Shown piece after piece: positions 1 through 11,910 of a DNA stretch of 64,000 nucleotides. The stretch is from Nageia nagi (lineage: Eukaryota; Plantae; Pinophyta). Below the pieces are notes generated by a model. It was given only the letters and a program-made list of their open reading frames with translations. It did no database searches and was not told the origin of the DNA. The translations under genes and the position numbers were made by a program. Positions within the stretch are counted from its first letter, which is position 1. The number at the start of each line of letters is the position of its first letter. The DNA lies in assembly GCA_050084985.1 (NCBI GenBank), contig JBITNC010000001.1, positions 170,810,001 to 170,874,000 of the forward strand, given 5' to 3'.

Positions 1-2152
1 TTGTGTTAAATATGGGATCAAGCAATAATTCATAATCCCTTACACCCCTCAGTAAAATGGAGTTGCTGAAAGGAAGAATCAAACCATTATGGAAATGGCA
101 AGGTGCATGTTGGGTAACCTTCCTAGTTTCTTATGGGGAGAAGCTATTCACACTGCTATTCACACCCTAAATAGGTGTCCTACTAAAGTAGTTGAAGGTA
201 AAACTTCGTATGAAGCATGGACAGGAAAGAAAGCTAACATCTCACACTTTAGGGTCTTCGATTATGATGCATTTGCCTTCATTACCTCAGAGAAAAGAAA
301 GAAGTTGGATCAAAGATAAGAAAAATGCATCTTTGTGGGGTATGATAATCAGCATAGAGGTTACAAGCTCTACTCCTCATCCCATAAAACAGTCTTTATT
401 TCTAGGGATGTCAAGTTCAATGAACTTCCGAAGGATACGACTTCTCATGTTGAGGTGTCTGATTTAGATGATTCTTCACCTGCACCTAATTGGTTGGATG
501 ATCATGTAGGGAAGTCACCACAAGAGCAAAATTCTCCAGCTCAGAGAATTACAAGAAGTATAACCTTGAATAAATCTTTATTTACCAAAATTGATAATAC
601 GAATGAGCCATCAACCTTCAAAGAAGCTTCCAAGCAAGAGTGTTGGATGGAAGCTATGAAATTTGAGTATGAGGGGCTCATGAAAAATGAAACTTGGGAT
701 TTGGTTCCTTATACTAATGAGAAAAATGTGATTGGAAATAAATGGATATACAAGGTCAAGTACAATTCTGATGGAGAAATTGAAAAATACAAAGCAAGGT
801 AAGTGGCTAAAGGATTCGCTCAGAAATATGGTATTGATTATGAGGAAACATTTGCTCTTGTGGCCAAGATGCCTACTTTCAGAATAATCCTTGCTCTTTC
901 TGTAGCTCAAGGATGGAAAGTTTTCCAACTTGATGTCAAGAGTGCATTTCTCAATGGTGACTTGGATGTAGAAATCTACATGAATCAACTAGAAGGATTT
1001 ATTCCAAAAGGTAAAGAGTCTCTTGTGTGCAAGCTAAAGAAGTCTTTGTATGGACTTAAGCAAGCACCTAGAGCATGGTATAAGAAAATTTCAAGATTCT
1101 TTACAGATATTGGTTTTTTCAAATGCTTCTCTGACTCAAATCTCTATGTACTCAATCAAGGAAAAGACATGGTCTTAATTCTCCTTTATGTGGATGATCT
1201 TCTTATAACTGGCAATAATATTGAAATCATCCAAGAGTGCATATCCAAACTGAAGGCAACATTTGAAATGACTGATCTAGGTCTATTGCATTACTATCTT
1301 GGGATGCAAGTATACCAACATAAAGATTGTACTTATCTTAGTCAATCTAAGTATATATCAGACATCTTGCAAAAGTTTGGAATGGAGGAGTGTAGATATG
1401 CTGTAATACCTATTTCTCCTAGAATCGTTGTATCTTTAAGCTCAGATTCTCAATTGGCTGATGCTATAGCTTATAGACAATTCATTGGTAGTCTTCTGTA
1501 TCTGACTATCTCTCAACCTGATATTGCCTTTACAGTGAATCTGATGGCTCGATTCATGCAAAAACCATATGTTGAACACCTCAATGCTATTAAGCAAATC
1601 TTGAGGTATGTGGCAAGGATAAAGGATCTTGCTCTTAAGTATTCCAAAGTGCCCTTAATTATTCTCTTTGGGTTCTTAGATTCTGATTATGGGGGAGATA
1701 GAGATGATAGAAAATCAACCTCTGCATATGTGTTTAGCATTGGTTCAGGTGCTATCTCTTGGGCTTCCAAGAAGCAACCTATTATGACTCTTTCTACCAT
1801 CGAAGCTGAATATCGAGCCATGTCTGTTGCCACCTAAGAAGCTATTTGGCTGAAGCATCTTCTGAATGAAATTGGGTATAAGCAAAATAGCCCATCTCTT
1901 ATTTCTTCAGACAATCAATCGGCTATCTCTTTAGCTAAGAATCCTGTGTTCCATCAAAGAACCAAACATGTGGAAATCCAAGCCTATTTTATCAGGGAGA
2001 AGGTTCTAGATGACATCATACACTTAGAGTATTGTCCATTTATTGAAAACTCTGCTAATTTATTCACCAAGCCCCTTCCCGAAGCTCAGTTCAGCAAGCT
2101 TAGGGATTCTCTTAGGTTGATGAAGTTGCCCTCAAGGGGGAGTGAAGTTTGA
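1..2152 (+). pseudogene. copia pol (integrase C-terminus, reverse transcriptase, RNase H), interrupted by in-frame stops
   Basis: Motifs EMARCML..LWGEA, GYKLY, QLDVKSAFLNG, LYGLKQAPRAW, LYVDDLL, DSDYGG, RTKHVEI. In-frame TAA stops at 317, 800 and 1835. Confidence 0.95.
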
Positions 2153-2227
2153 ACTTTTGTTAGTGATGACAACTTCACCTCTAAGAGGCTCTTTTGTTGT
2201 TGTTATATAGTGTGTGTTGATTATGAT

Positions 2228-2637
2228 ATACCTCTGTGGTAAGTTTGCTCTGCATGACAAACTTGTTGTACATTTTTATACCTCCATGGTAAGTTTGCTC
2301 TATGTGACAAATTTGTTGTACATTTTATACCTCCGTGGTAAGTTTGCTCTGCATGACAAACTTGTTGTACATTTTATACCTTCATGGTAAGTTTGCTCTA
2401 CGTGAAAAACTTATTGTACATTTTATACCTCCATGGTAAGTTTGCTCTGCATGAGAAACTTGTTGTACATTTTATACCTCCGTGGTAAGTTTGCTCTGCA
2501 TGAGAAACTTGTTGTATAATTTTTTGAGCATATAATTAATATACCTATGTGGTAAGTTTGCTCTACGTGAGGAACTTGTTGTACATTTTATACCTTCATG
2601 GTAAGTTTGCTCTGCGTGAGAAACTTGTACAATTTTT
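2228..2637 (+). repeat. Tandem array, 8 x ~49 bp, in copia 3' non-coding region
   Basis: Unit ATACCTCCRTGGTAAGTTTGCTCTGCATGASAAACTTGTTGTACATTTT starting at ~2228, 2278, 2327, 2376, 2425, 2474, 2541 and 2590. Confidence 0.95.
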
Positions 2638-3115
2638 ATGCTCTATTAATAATCAACACATGTCTATATACAACAGGTGACTATGAGTGATGGCTTGGCA
2701 TCTCCGTGATGACTTATAGTGCACCATTGATAAGTTATTTATAAGATGGAATTATTTGATTCTCTTATTTGAATATATGATGCATCTAACTGATTTTGTT
2801 CATGAGTTGCTTATAGCATGCAGGATCTTCTTCAGAAATGCAAGTTACTCACCTTGTGTAAGCAAGCTCATGGAGACTCACATGTCAACTTAAAGTTGAT
2901 CGACTACTATGTACAGTGAAACCAGTTGTGGTTAATGATTGTATTGTAAACCATTTTGTCAAATGGTAATGTAGTGAGTCTCAAACTAGTTCTCAAAAAG
3001 ATTCTCAAATATGTAAATGTTCTCATTTCCACTTGTATCTCTATGGAGGAGAACTCTCTCTTACTCTCTCTCTTCTCTCTTCTACGCTCTATCCCAATAT
3101 TGCATTAAGGGGGAG

Positions 3116-3604
3116 TGTTAGAATTTGTAATGAAATATTGTGAATATCTAAACTCCTTGTAAATTCAATTAATCACTTAAAGGATATGTAGATACCTTAA
3201 GGGATTAATTGAATTCTTTATTATGTAGACTTTGACCTTACCATGGGGTTAGTTGGTAAGTTAAAGTTAGGTCATACATTTATTGTAACCCTAACCTTAC
3301 CCTTGGGTTAAAGGGAGGTTAGGGAGGTGCTTTCATGCTATAAATAGAGGGCCTCTCCTCTTGTAACAAAACTAAGATTTGAAGTAAGATTACTCTACTA
3401 GTTTGTGTAGGAGAGAAAGAGAATTGTAGTAAGAGGTGCATAGATTGAGAATTGAGAACTAGTTGTGGATGTACTCCCAAGGAGGGAGGAACCACATTAT
3501 ATTTGTTTATCTTGTGTGAATGGTGTTATTAGCTTGTAGATGTTGAGTGATTGAGTTTCCTATAGTCTTGGACCTTGAGGATTAGTCTAGATCTAATTCC
3601 TTCA
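3116..3604 (+). repeat. 3' LTR of copia element (~489 bp)
   Basis: TG..CA termini, directly after the PPT, with a TATA-like CTATAAATAG near 3339. Organisation similar to the LTRs at 23836-24338 and 31431-31917. Confidence 0.85.
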
Positions 3605-4599
3605 GAGCCTAAGCAAGATACCCTTGTAATACCTTCCACTAAAATTCAAGAAGAAATCTCTTGGAAGGCATGAGTGGCATACCTAGATAAAAAACTTAAA
3701 CAAACTAACTCCTCTACATGTGAACCAAGTATAATTACTCAAATAGAGGAGAGTAATATGATTAAAGAGGACATTCAAGTTATAACTAAAAAGTAAAACA
3801 AAGAGGAATCCATAAATGATCAAAATCATATCTCTCGAGTGGATTTCCAATTCAAAAATGTTAGTCTTGATGAGTTTACCATTGATGAGATTCTATTTAA
3901 TATCTTATCTCTTCATGACGTAGGCTATTTGTTCGAGTCTCCTTTGGCCATTGGTAATTTGGTATCACTAGGTCCATCGAATAACCAAGTTGATTTATTT
4001 ATCTAGGTCCTAATTTTCCCTTTTACCAAGTTCTTAAGATCATGTAAAAATAAGCTTTTACAGGTAAACTCGATTATTTATCTAGACCTTCCTTCATTCC
4101 TCACTACTTTGCCAAGTGTAAATGGCATGGGTTTGGCTTGGGTCAGTATGAACAAGGCATGATTCATGTCATGCAACTACCTATTTAGGGTGAAAAAGAC
4201 AAGTGAGGCTTTGGTTTCAATGGTCCTCAAATATTAATAGCCTCAACCCAAATTCATGAGATTGAGAATGAGGGAGACTACAAGGAACTTGCCTCCACTT
4301 ATGAGGACTTGCTATTTGAAGCACCCTCTTCACCAACATCTTAGTGTTATGTTCCTCCCTTTCTATTTCAACAATCAACATGGTTGGAGTCTCCTTGATT
4401 TCTCCTTTTTCTCATCCCCTTAATTTTGATACTATTTATGTGGTGGATCAAGATAGTGTTGATTTTGAAATGATTCCTAGAACTGACCTTACCACCTATG
4501 ATAGTTTTATTTGGCCTTATAGACATGTTGAACCCTATGAAAATAAGCCAAATGAGGACACTTATTGGTTGTATCTTAACCACTAATTGGTGGATGGAT

Positions 4600-7500
4600 C
4601 ACACATGCTAGTTGAGGAGTCAATTGAGATTGACCTAGGAGATGATCCTAGTATCCAAAAAATGGTTCAGTTTGGCAAAGGGCTTGATATAGATGAGCTA
4701 GCAAAATGGACTACAAAGATCAAGAAGAGAGTGAGGGTCTTTGATTATGCATACTAGGATCTAGTAGGGTTGTATACCAACATTATGGTATCACTTGAAT
4801 TTAAAACTTGATGCTAAACTAGTTAAATAAAAACCATCTCATATGCATCCTGGTAAGGCATTGTTGGTCATGGCAGAGTTGAAAAAAATATTGGATACCA
4901 AATTTATAGAGGTAATTGCTTATCTAGAGTGGGTCTCTAATCTAGTGATAATTCCCAAACCAGATGGTCAAATTAGAATTTGTACAAATTTTAGATATGT
5001 GAATAAAACTTGTCCTAAGGATGATTTTTCATTTCCTAATATTGATACCTTAGTTTACAACATGATGGTTCATGAAATGTTCTCATTGATAGATGAATTT
5101 TTTGGTTACAATCAAATCATAATCTTTGAAGAGGATAAGTATAAAAGATATTCACCACCCCATGGGGGACATATTGTTATCGGGTGATACCATTTGGTAT
5201 AAGGAATGTAGAAGTAACTTATCAAAGGGCCATGACTTACAATCTTCATGATAATATGCATGATATAGTTAAGGAATATGTGGATTAATTGATTAAGAAA
5301 ACTAAAACACATGATACTCATTTTGAGGAAGTATGTAAGGTTTTGAATAGATTACTATAATACAATGTTAGACTCAATCCCAAGAAGTGTGTTTTTTGGG
5401 TTATATTAAAGAAACTATTGGGGTTCATCATATCCAAGAGAGGCATTGAGGTTGATCCTAACAAGGTTCAAGCTATTAACTAAATGCCTCCTCCAAAAAA
5501 TTTAAAACAATTTCAAATTTTACAAGGCAAGATTCAAGCTATTAAGAGATTCATAGAATAATTGTTTGATAAATGTTGACCATTCAACAATTTGTTGAAG
5601 AAGAATATCAACTTTGCTTGGGATTTAGAGTGTCATGAGGTATTTGATGTGATTAAAAAGTATCTTATGCATCCTCCCATTCTTATTCCTCCTAGGATAG
5701 AAGTGCCATTTCACTTATACATTTATGCCACTAACTTTGCTTTGGGATTGATGTTGGCCCAATAGAATGAAGCAAAGAGAGAGCAAGCCATATACTACCT
5801 AAGTTGTACTCTAGCAGTATATAATACTAGATATGCACATCTTGAGAAATTATGCCTAGTAGTATTCTTTGCAGCTCAGAAGTTGTGACACTACATGCTT
5901 AATCAAAAGGCTTATTTGATTTCCAAGATAGATCCATTAAAGTATATGATGAATAAGGCTATGCAAAACTCTCTAGTGGCAAAATGGATCATGTTTCTTA
6001 TAAAGTTTAATCTTAAGTTAATAAATTAGAAGTCTATCTCAAAGGTTAAGTTATAGTTGATCAATTGGTAGAAGCACCACAAAAAAATGATTTTCCTCTA
6101 CACATTGAGTTATCGAATAATAATTTGCTTTGTGTGTTTGAGATTGAAGAAGTAGTAGAATAAGAGGATTTTGATATGACTATGTATTTTGATGGATCTT
6201 GCTATGAGAAAGGGGAAGGAGCTAGGGTATTGTTTATAACACCTCAGGGTATGCCTATGCTTATATCCTTTAGACTATCCTTTGAGTGCACAAACAACGA
6301 TGTTGAGCATGAATCACTCATGTTTGGGTTGAAATTAGCAATAGAGATGAAGTATGAGTGTCTCAAGATATATGATAAATCTTTGCTAATTATTAACCAA
6401 ATGAAGGCTATTTATCCTTGTAACCAACCATGTCTTAATTTGCATAAGGCCATGGTTAAGACTTTATTAGAAAATTTCAAAGCATATGATATTGAGGCTA
6501 GCCTTAGACCCTCGAATAAATTTACAAATATAATCGCATCTTTTGGATCCCTAATCCCCCAAAACCCATTCCAAAGGGTCACACATAAGGAAGTGATCAT
6601 TATGTATTATTACTCTTTGGATTTGACCTTATATCATGAGGATCCCCACCATAGGTTAATGAGCTCAATATTGTATCTAAGGATTTACGGTATCACCAGT
6701 TAAGGATTTTATTAAGTGGGGGACCTTACCTGCCACCATGTGTACCATTAAAAAGCATTAATTCAATAAGAAATGCATTAAGTACACCATTCTAAGTGAT
6801 GTTGTCTATAGGAGGGGTTATGATGGAGTGCTCCTTCATTGTCTAGAGTTTCCATAAGAATAGATTTCTATGCATACATGTCATGATGGTACTTTTGGTA
6901 GGCACTTTAGTAGATTCGAAATTTCCAAGAGACTAATGAGAATGGGATATTACTAGCCCACTATGGAGAGATATTATCATGAATATGTTAAGAAGTATGT
7001 AACGTATCAGCAACATGCCAATTTTACATACACACCTTCTCAATCATTATAACCCATTCATGCTATGTGGCCATTTTCTAGATGGAGGTTTGATTTGATT
7101 GGCCAATTTAACCCACCTTCATTAGGAGGGCACAAGTTCATCATTACAACCATTTAATATTTCACAAAGTGGATAGAAGAAACCCACATGCTATCCACTA
7201 AGGGTCACAAGATTATGGAATTTATAGAGTGTAACATCATTAGTTAGTTTAGCATCCTTATGCAGATCATTTCAGATAATGGTTCGAATTTCAAGAATAA
7301 GGGCATGCAAAGTTTTTGCTATAGATGTAAGATTAAACATAGCTTTTCTACACCTTATTATTCATAAGGTGATCAGAAGGCAATAGCAAGAAACAAGATA
7401 ATAATGGTAATCCTTAATAAAACTATTAGCATATCATATAGGAATTGGCACACTTAGATACTGCTCACCTTATGGGCCTACAGAACTAACATTTGTACTC

Positions 7501-7940
7501 CTACAGGTGCCACGCCTTTCTCACTAGTGTATGGGGTAGAGGCTATGATTCCATTAGAGATTGAGACCCCATCCTTATGCAGTTAGTTACAATATATTCT
7601 TCTAGAATTAGATCCTCAGTAGGCTAGATTGAACTAGTTTGTGTTGCTAGATGAAAGATATGTCAATGCCTTAGTGCATTTCAAAGTTTATCAAAATCTC
7701 TTAAGTAAGCTTACAATAAAAGGGTTAGGCCTCAAGAATTTTACATAGGTGATGTGGTCTTAAAATAAAATTAGTAGCACTCACATTTAGGGTAGGTTTT
7801 TAGGGATAAGTTTGCTTTAAACTGGTTAGGGCCCTATGTGATTTAATGCAAATTTGGATCAAGGGCATACCACTTAGCTACCTTGGAAGGGGTAGAAAAG
7901 GTTAAATAGATTAGTATCATACACCTTTATCCCTTCTAGG
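4600..7940 (+). pseudogene. Tat/Ogre pol: RT, RNase H, archaeal-type RNase H (6176-6560), integrase; heavily decayed
   Basis: RT: EWVSNLVIIPKPDGQIRICTNFRYVNKTCPKDDF and FFGYNQI. aRH: MYFDGSC..GARVLFITPQG..NNDVEHESL. Integrase: HHCC remnant at ~6880-7015, PFSRWRFDLIG, and NWLGPY at ~7820. Confidence 0.93.
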
Positions 7941-9039
7941 TCTAGGAAGAGGCATGGTTTTTGTATGTGTTAGCTTGTTATTTAATTATCTTGTATCTCA
8001 TGTTCTTAAAAAGATTAAAAAAAAAAAAATCTAAAAAATATTTGTCCTAATCTTCATGTAATTCCATCAACATCTTATTTTCCTCTCATCATTTTCTATA
8101 TTCATTTCATAGTGAGAGTCAATCGTATTTGACTTGGATTTTCAATTTATGTGCCCATATAAGAAAGATTCTTATGCAAGCTATATTAAGTAGCTATGGG
8201 GGTCTATTTTCATCTACCAAAGTTTTATTTCACCAAGCTGGATCTTAACATTTAGGATGAATACTTGGATGGTCTTTCACATTAGTATTTCTTACCTTTT
8301 ATGGGGATACAAAAACCACTAGTCATTCATTACTAGCATCAATCACTTGGATTGTATTCACTTTCATGTGCTTGCTTTATATTTAATTGTATTTTCTTAA
8401 CAATTTGTAAAGGTCATGGAACCGTTAGAAGATACATCTTTCCTAGTTTAGTTCAAGCTAGAGCTCATCTTAGACATTTAGATAGAAGTTAGTTCCAAAC
8501 CTATTTTAATTTATTTTTGTGTCCACCTATGGTGTATCAAAGTTGTCAATCGTTCATGTTCTCATTGTTTCTCACCATGGGTTGGGACTGTTTAATGGCT
8601 TTCCTCGCATTATTTTGCAAAATGTGAGGAACAAGATCTCATTTAGCATATTAAAATTGAACTTGATCCCAAATATCCTACATCATATGATCATGTTTTA
8701 AATTGTTATTTTTTTAAACATTAAAACTCATTCATCTAAAGAAAAAATAAAATAAATCTATCACAACCATCTCATTGGCATAACAATAAAAGCATCCATG
8801 AATTGAACCATCGCATTCTATAATCATCATAATAACAAATATGACATAAATACATTCATCAAGATTTTAGATCAAAATATGTAAGCAAAATCATCATGTA
8901 TATATAAAGGTGGTGTAAGCCATCATAAAAACTAAATAAGCTATCTAGAGTGCTTTGATACTAAAATATTGTCTAGTGATATACATTCATCTCATATGTT
9001 TAATCTAAGCCTATCTAGTCTATCTAGCCAAAAAATTTG

Positions 9040-9785
9040 TGTCTCATCCATCCTCAAAGCTATCAAGAAGAATATGGAGATCTCTCATGTGGTCTTGCTA
9101 TAGATTGAGATATCTCTAGAACTCTCTCTCCTATATGTCTAGTCCTATCATGTGTATGGGAGGTCACATGCGATAAGTTCCTTGTATACATACTCCTGGA
9201 GGTCATGTATATACCTTAAGTCCTATAAATCCTACTTTGTGATCTTAATAAGATGTTTGGTAGTGGAATGGTCCTCTATATGAACTCTACCTCATAAATT
9301 TGAACCCATCTATCATGTCTCTATAGGTGTCTATGTAGAGCATCTAGTCATCATATCATACTCATTATGATTTATGACATCTCCATCTCTCTCTAACTAG
9401 GATCGATGCTCTATAAATTCTTGGTCTCTAGCCTTTGGTGGTGCTCTTGCTCCAAATTTTGCACCCTCTGATGAAGCTCTACCTCTTAGAGCCTACTCTC
9501 CTACTCGCACTTCTTTCTCTGATCTAGGTTGTGCTCTCTCTTTATTAGTTTATGCTCTAGTTCTATTATCCACTACTTTGTTATCATTATTCTAGGATTA
9601 GTTATCTCTACAAGACCTCCCTCATCATGTTGGGGGGACTTTTACCTACATCTAACCTGTCTCTATAGGGGATCATCCTCAGCCTCCTCCTTGACCAACT
9701 TAAGATGTTGAGCAACCCATAATCTAGTGTAGGCCTCTATGCAACCTACATCAACCTAGTCTTTAACCTCTTCCTTATCACTATT
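9040..9785 (-). pseudogene. C-terminal part of antisense PMD-type ORF of the Tat element (continuation of 31924-33000)
   Basis: Sequence joins 31924+ across the TSD CTATT/CTATC. The translation is charged, low-complexity and degenerate. Confidence 0.55.
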
Positions 9786-10876
9786 TATGAGAATTCAAAA
9801 CCACTCATGTGTCATCTAGATACCACTTTTCAACATCTAAAATGTAGCTTGTATTATGATGTGCTTGGATGGATGATAGTTGCAGATAAATGTTAGTAGG
9901 GATCTCTTCACTATGGTCCCTTAAGGCCCCAAAGCATACTCAAGGAGAGGTTTAAAACCTCTTTGAATGAATGTAGATCCCTATCCCATGACCAAATGGG
10001 TGCTGGAAAATAATTAAATGCCTAGGATGCAATAATGATAAAAATAAATTAATTTAAATGAATCTAGCCTAGGAGATATACTACATGACATAGAAAATGC
10101 ATTAAAACACTTATTTATAGAAGTATATAATGTTCCAATGGCTCCTTGATTATCCTCTCCAAGCTAGCTCTAAGAAAGCTCTCTAACACCTATAAGAAAG
10201 ATTAAGACATGTTCTTATGCTTTGGTTCAGATTTGCATGGCAAGAGTGATAAGAGGAAGCTCTCAATGTTGGTTAGTTGGTTCTTGGATACTTGAAGTGA
10301 TAGAGTACTAAGTGTTGACTATGGCTTCTTATTTAGTTGATTTGCTCTTTATGTGTCTAAGGCTACTGAGTGTTGACTATTCTTCCCTCAATAATGGTTG
10401 GAGCTTGCTATTCTCTGTTCTTTGTTGAATGACCTACTAGCTATTGAGTGACCAAGGGAGACTAAATGTTTTGAGTTCCAACTTGCCAAAGGAGGGAGAG
10501 TGAGTTCAATTATAGAATGGCTACTACATGATATAGATGGAGGGTTCCACATTTAAGTGGGAGAACAAAGGGTGGCTAAATAGTCGACCACATCTATGAG
10601 TGCACCACTTCTATTTTGGGCACACGTGAGAAGCAGGAATAGATGAAGAAGGGAAATGGATTCAAAATGTAATCCATTTGAAAAATGATAGTTAGGATCA
10701 TTTGAATGATTGGCTAATTATTTGAATGAATGGTCAATCATTTGAATGATTGGCACAGTCATTCCATTAAGGAATGATTCTAACAAAAGACCCAAAAATG
10801 ACCAAAGACCATGAAAGACGATGGGTGACCACATGACATTGTAAAAAACATAAAATGTATTTTTTAGGTGCTTATA
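9786..10876 (-). repeat. 3' LTR of gag-only element
   Basis: Clearly homologous to 22786-23835. Preceded on the minus strand by the PPT AAAAGGGGGCATC. Confidence 0.92.
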
Positions 10877-11419
10877 GATGCCCCCTTTTGGGGTGATTTT
10901 GCAAAACATTCTAAAGCAAGACTCAAATCAAAAGCTAACAAGATAGAATATGAAGAACAGATAACATGATACAAGACTACATGATAAGATGATGAGACAA
11001 CAATGAAGACATGATGAGATGATAATGATCAATGACCAACAATATCTTACTGACATGTAAGGCAATGTGGAGGTACGCAAAACTGCCACATGTTAAGGGA
11101 CAAATGTAAGATGCTGTTAAAGACATGGTCAACATAAAGGTGACCAACCTATAATGATTATGCTAAAATGCTTGAGACTCAAGGCAAGTCATGCTTAAAC
11201 ATATGATCATGCTACCAAAAGGAAACTTTACCTAATGTTGAATGGAAAGAAAAGCAAGATAATGATAATAATGACCTTATTATGACATGATTAATGATGA
11301 TGATGATCTTACCTTATGTTTAATAGAGAGCAAGATATGTAAAGGATAACTTTGCCCCATATTTAATGGAAAGCAAAGATGTTGATACTTGATCAAGATG
11401 CAATGATATGATAAGATGA

Positions 11420-11910
11420 TATGGTGGGACTAACCACAACATGAATCAGTTAGGATGAGAGTTGGTTTTAGCATATGATAGGCCATATAAGATCATCCTA
11501 TTGAAACATCATAGTGGAACAAATGATACAAAATGATATATGATACATGATAAATGATTCTACTTTGCCCTAGAAATTAAAGGGTGATTATGATACAACC
11601 AGGATGAGAGCTAGTTTTGATACATGACAAGCCATATAATATCATCTTGAACAAAGCATCATGGTGGAACAATCAAACCACAATAATGTATGATAAATGA
11701 TTCTGCTTTTCCCCAACAGTCAAAGGGAAACTATGATACAACTAGGATGAGAGTTGGTTTCAACATATGATAGGCTGTATAAGATCATCCCAAGCATAAA
11801 GTTACAATGGAACAATCACCATAACAAAATATGATACATGATTCTACTTTTCCCCAATAGTTGAAGGGTAACTGACTTTTACTTTACCCTAGCAGTTAAA
11901 GGGAATGTCA
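11420..11910 (-). repeat. ~140-bp diverged tandem repeats with CCCTTTAACTGCTGGGG(C/A)AAAGYAGAA core
   Basis: GGATGAGAG...ATCATCC blocks at ~11452, 11601 and 11744. Cores at ~11558, 11701, 11842 and 11877. Confidence 0.85.

Larger units (their letters stand above)
1..3604 (+). mobile_element. Ty1/copia LTR retrotransposon, 3' portion (integrase end, RT, RNase H, long 3' non-coding region, PPT, 3' LTR); 5' part outside window
   Basis: Copia domain order INT-RT-RH in ORFs 89-2152. PPT AAGGGGGAG at 3107-3115 is followed by TGTTA. The LTR ends ...AATTCCTTCA, resembling the LTR end of the related element at 23836-31917. Confidence 0.93.

Noticed and set aside
611-988. Antisense and alternate-frame ORFs over pol and gag regions (also 28204-28540, 52016-52471, 56308-56890)
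   Set aside because: Shadows of the retrotransposon coding frames.
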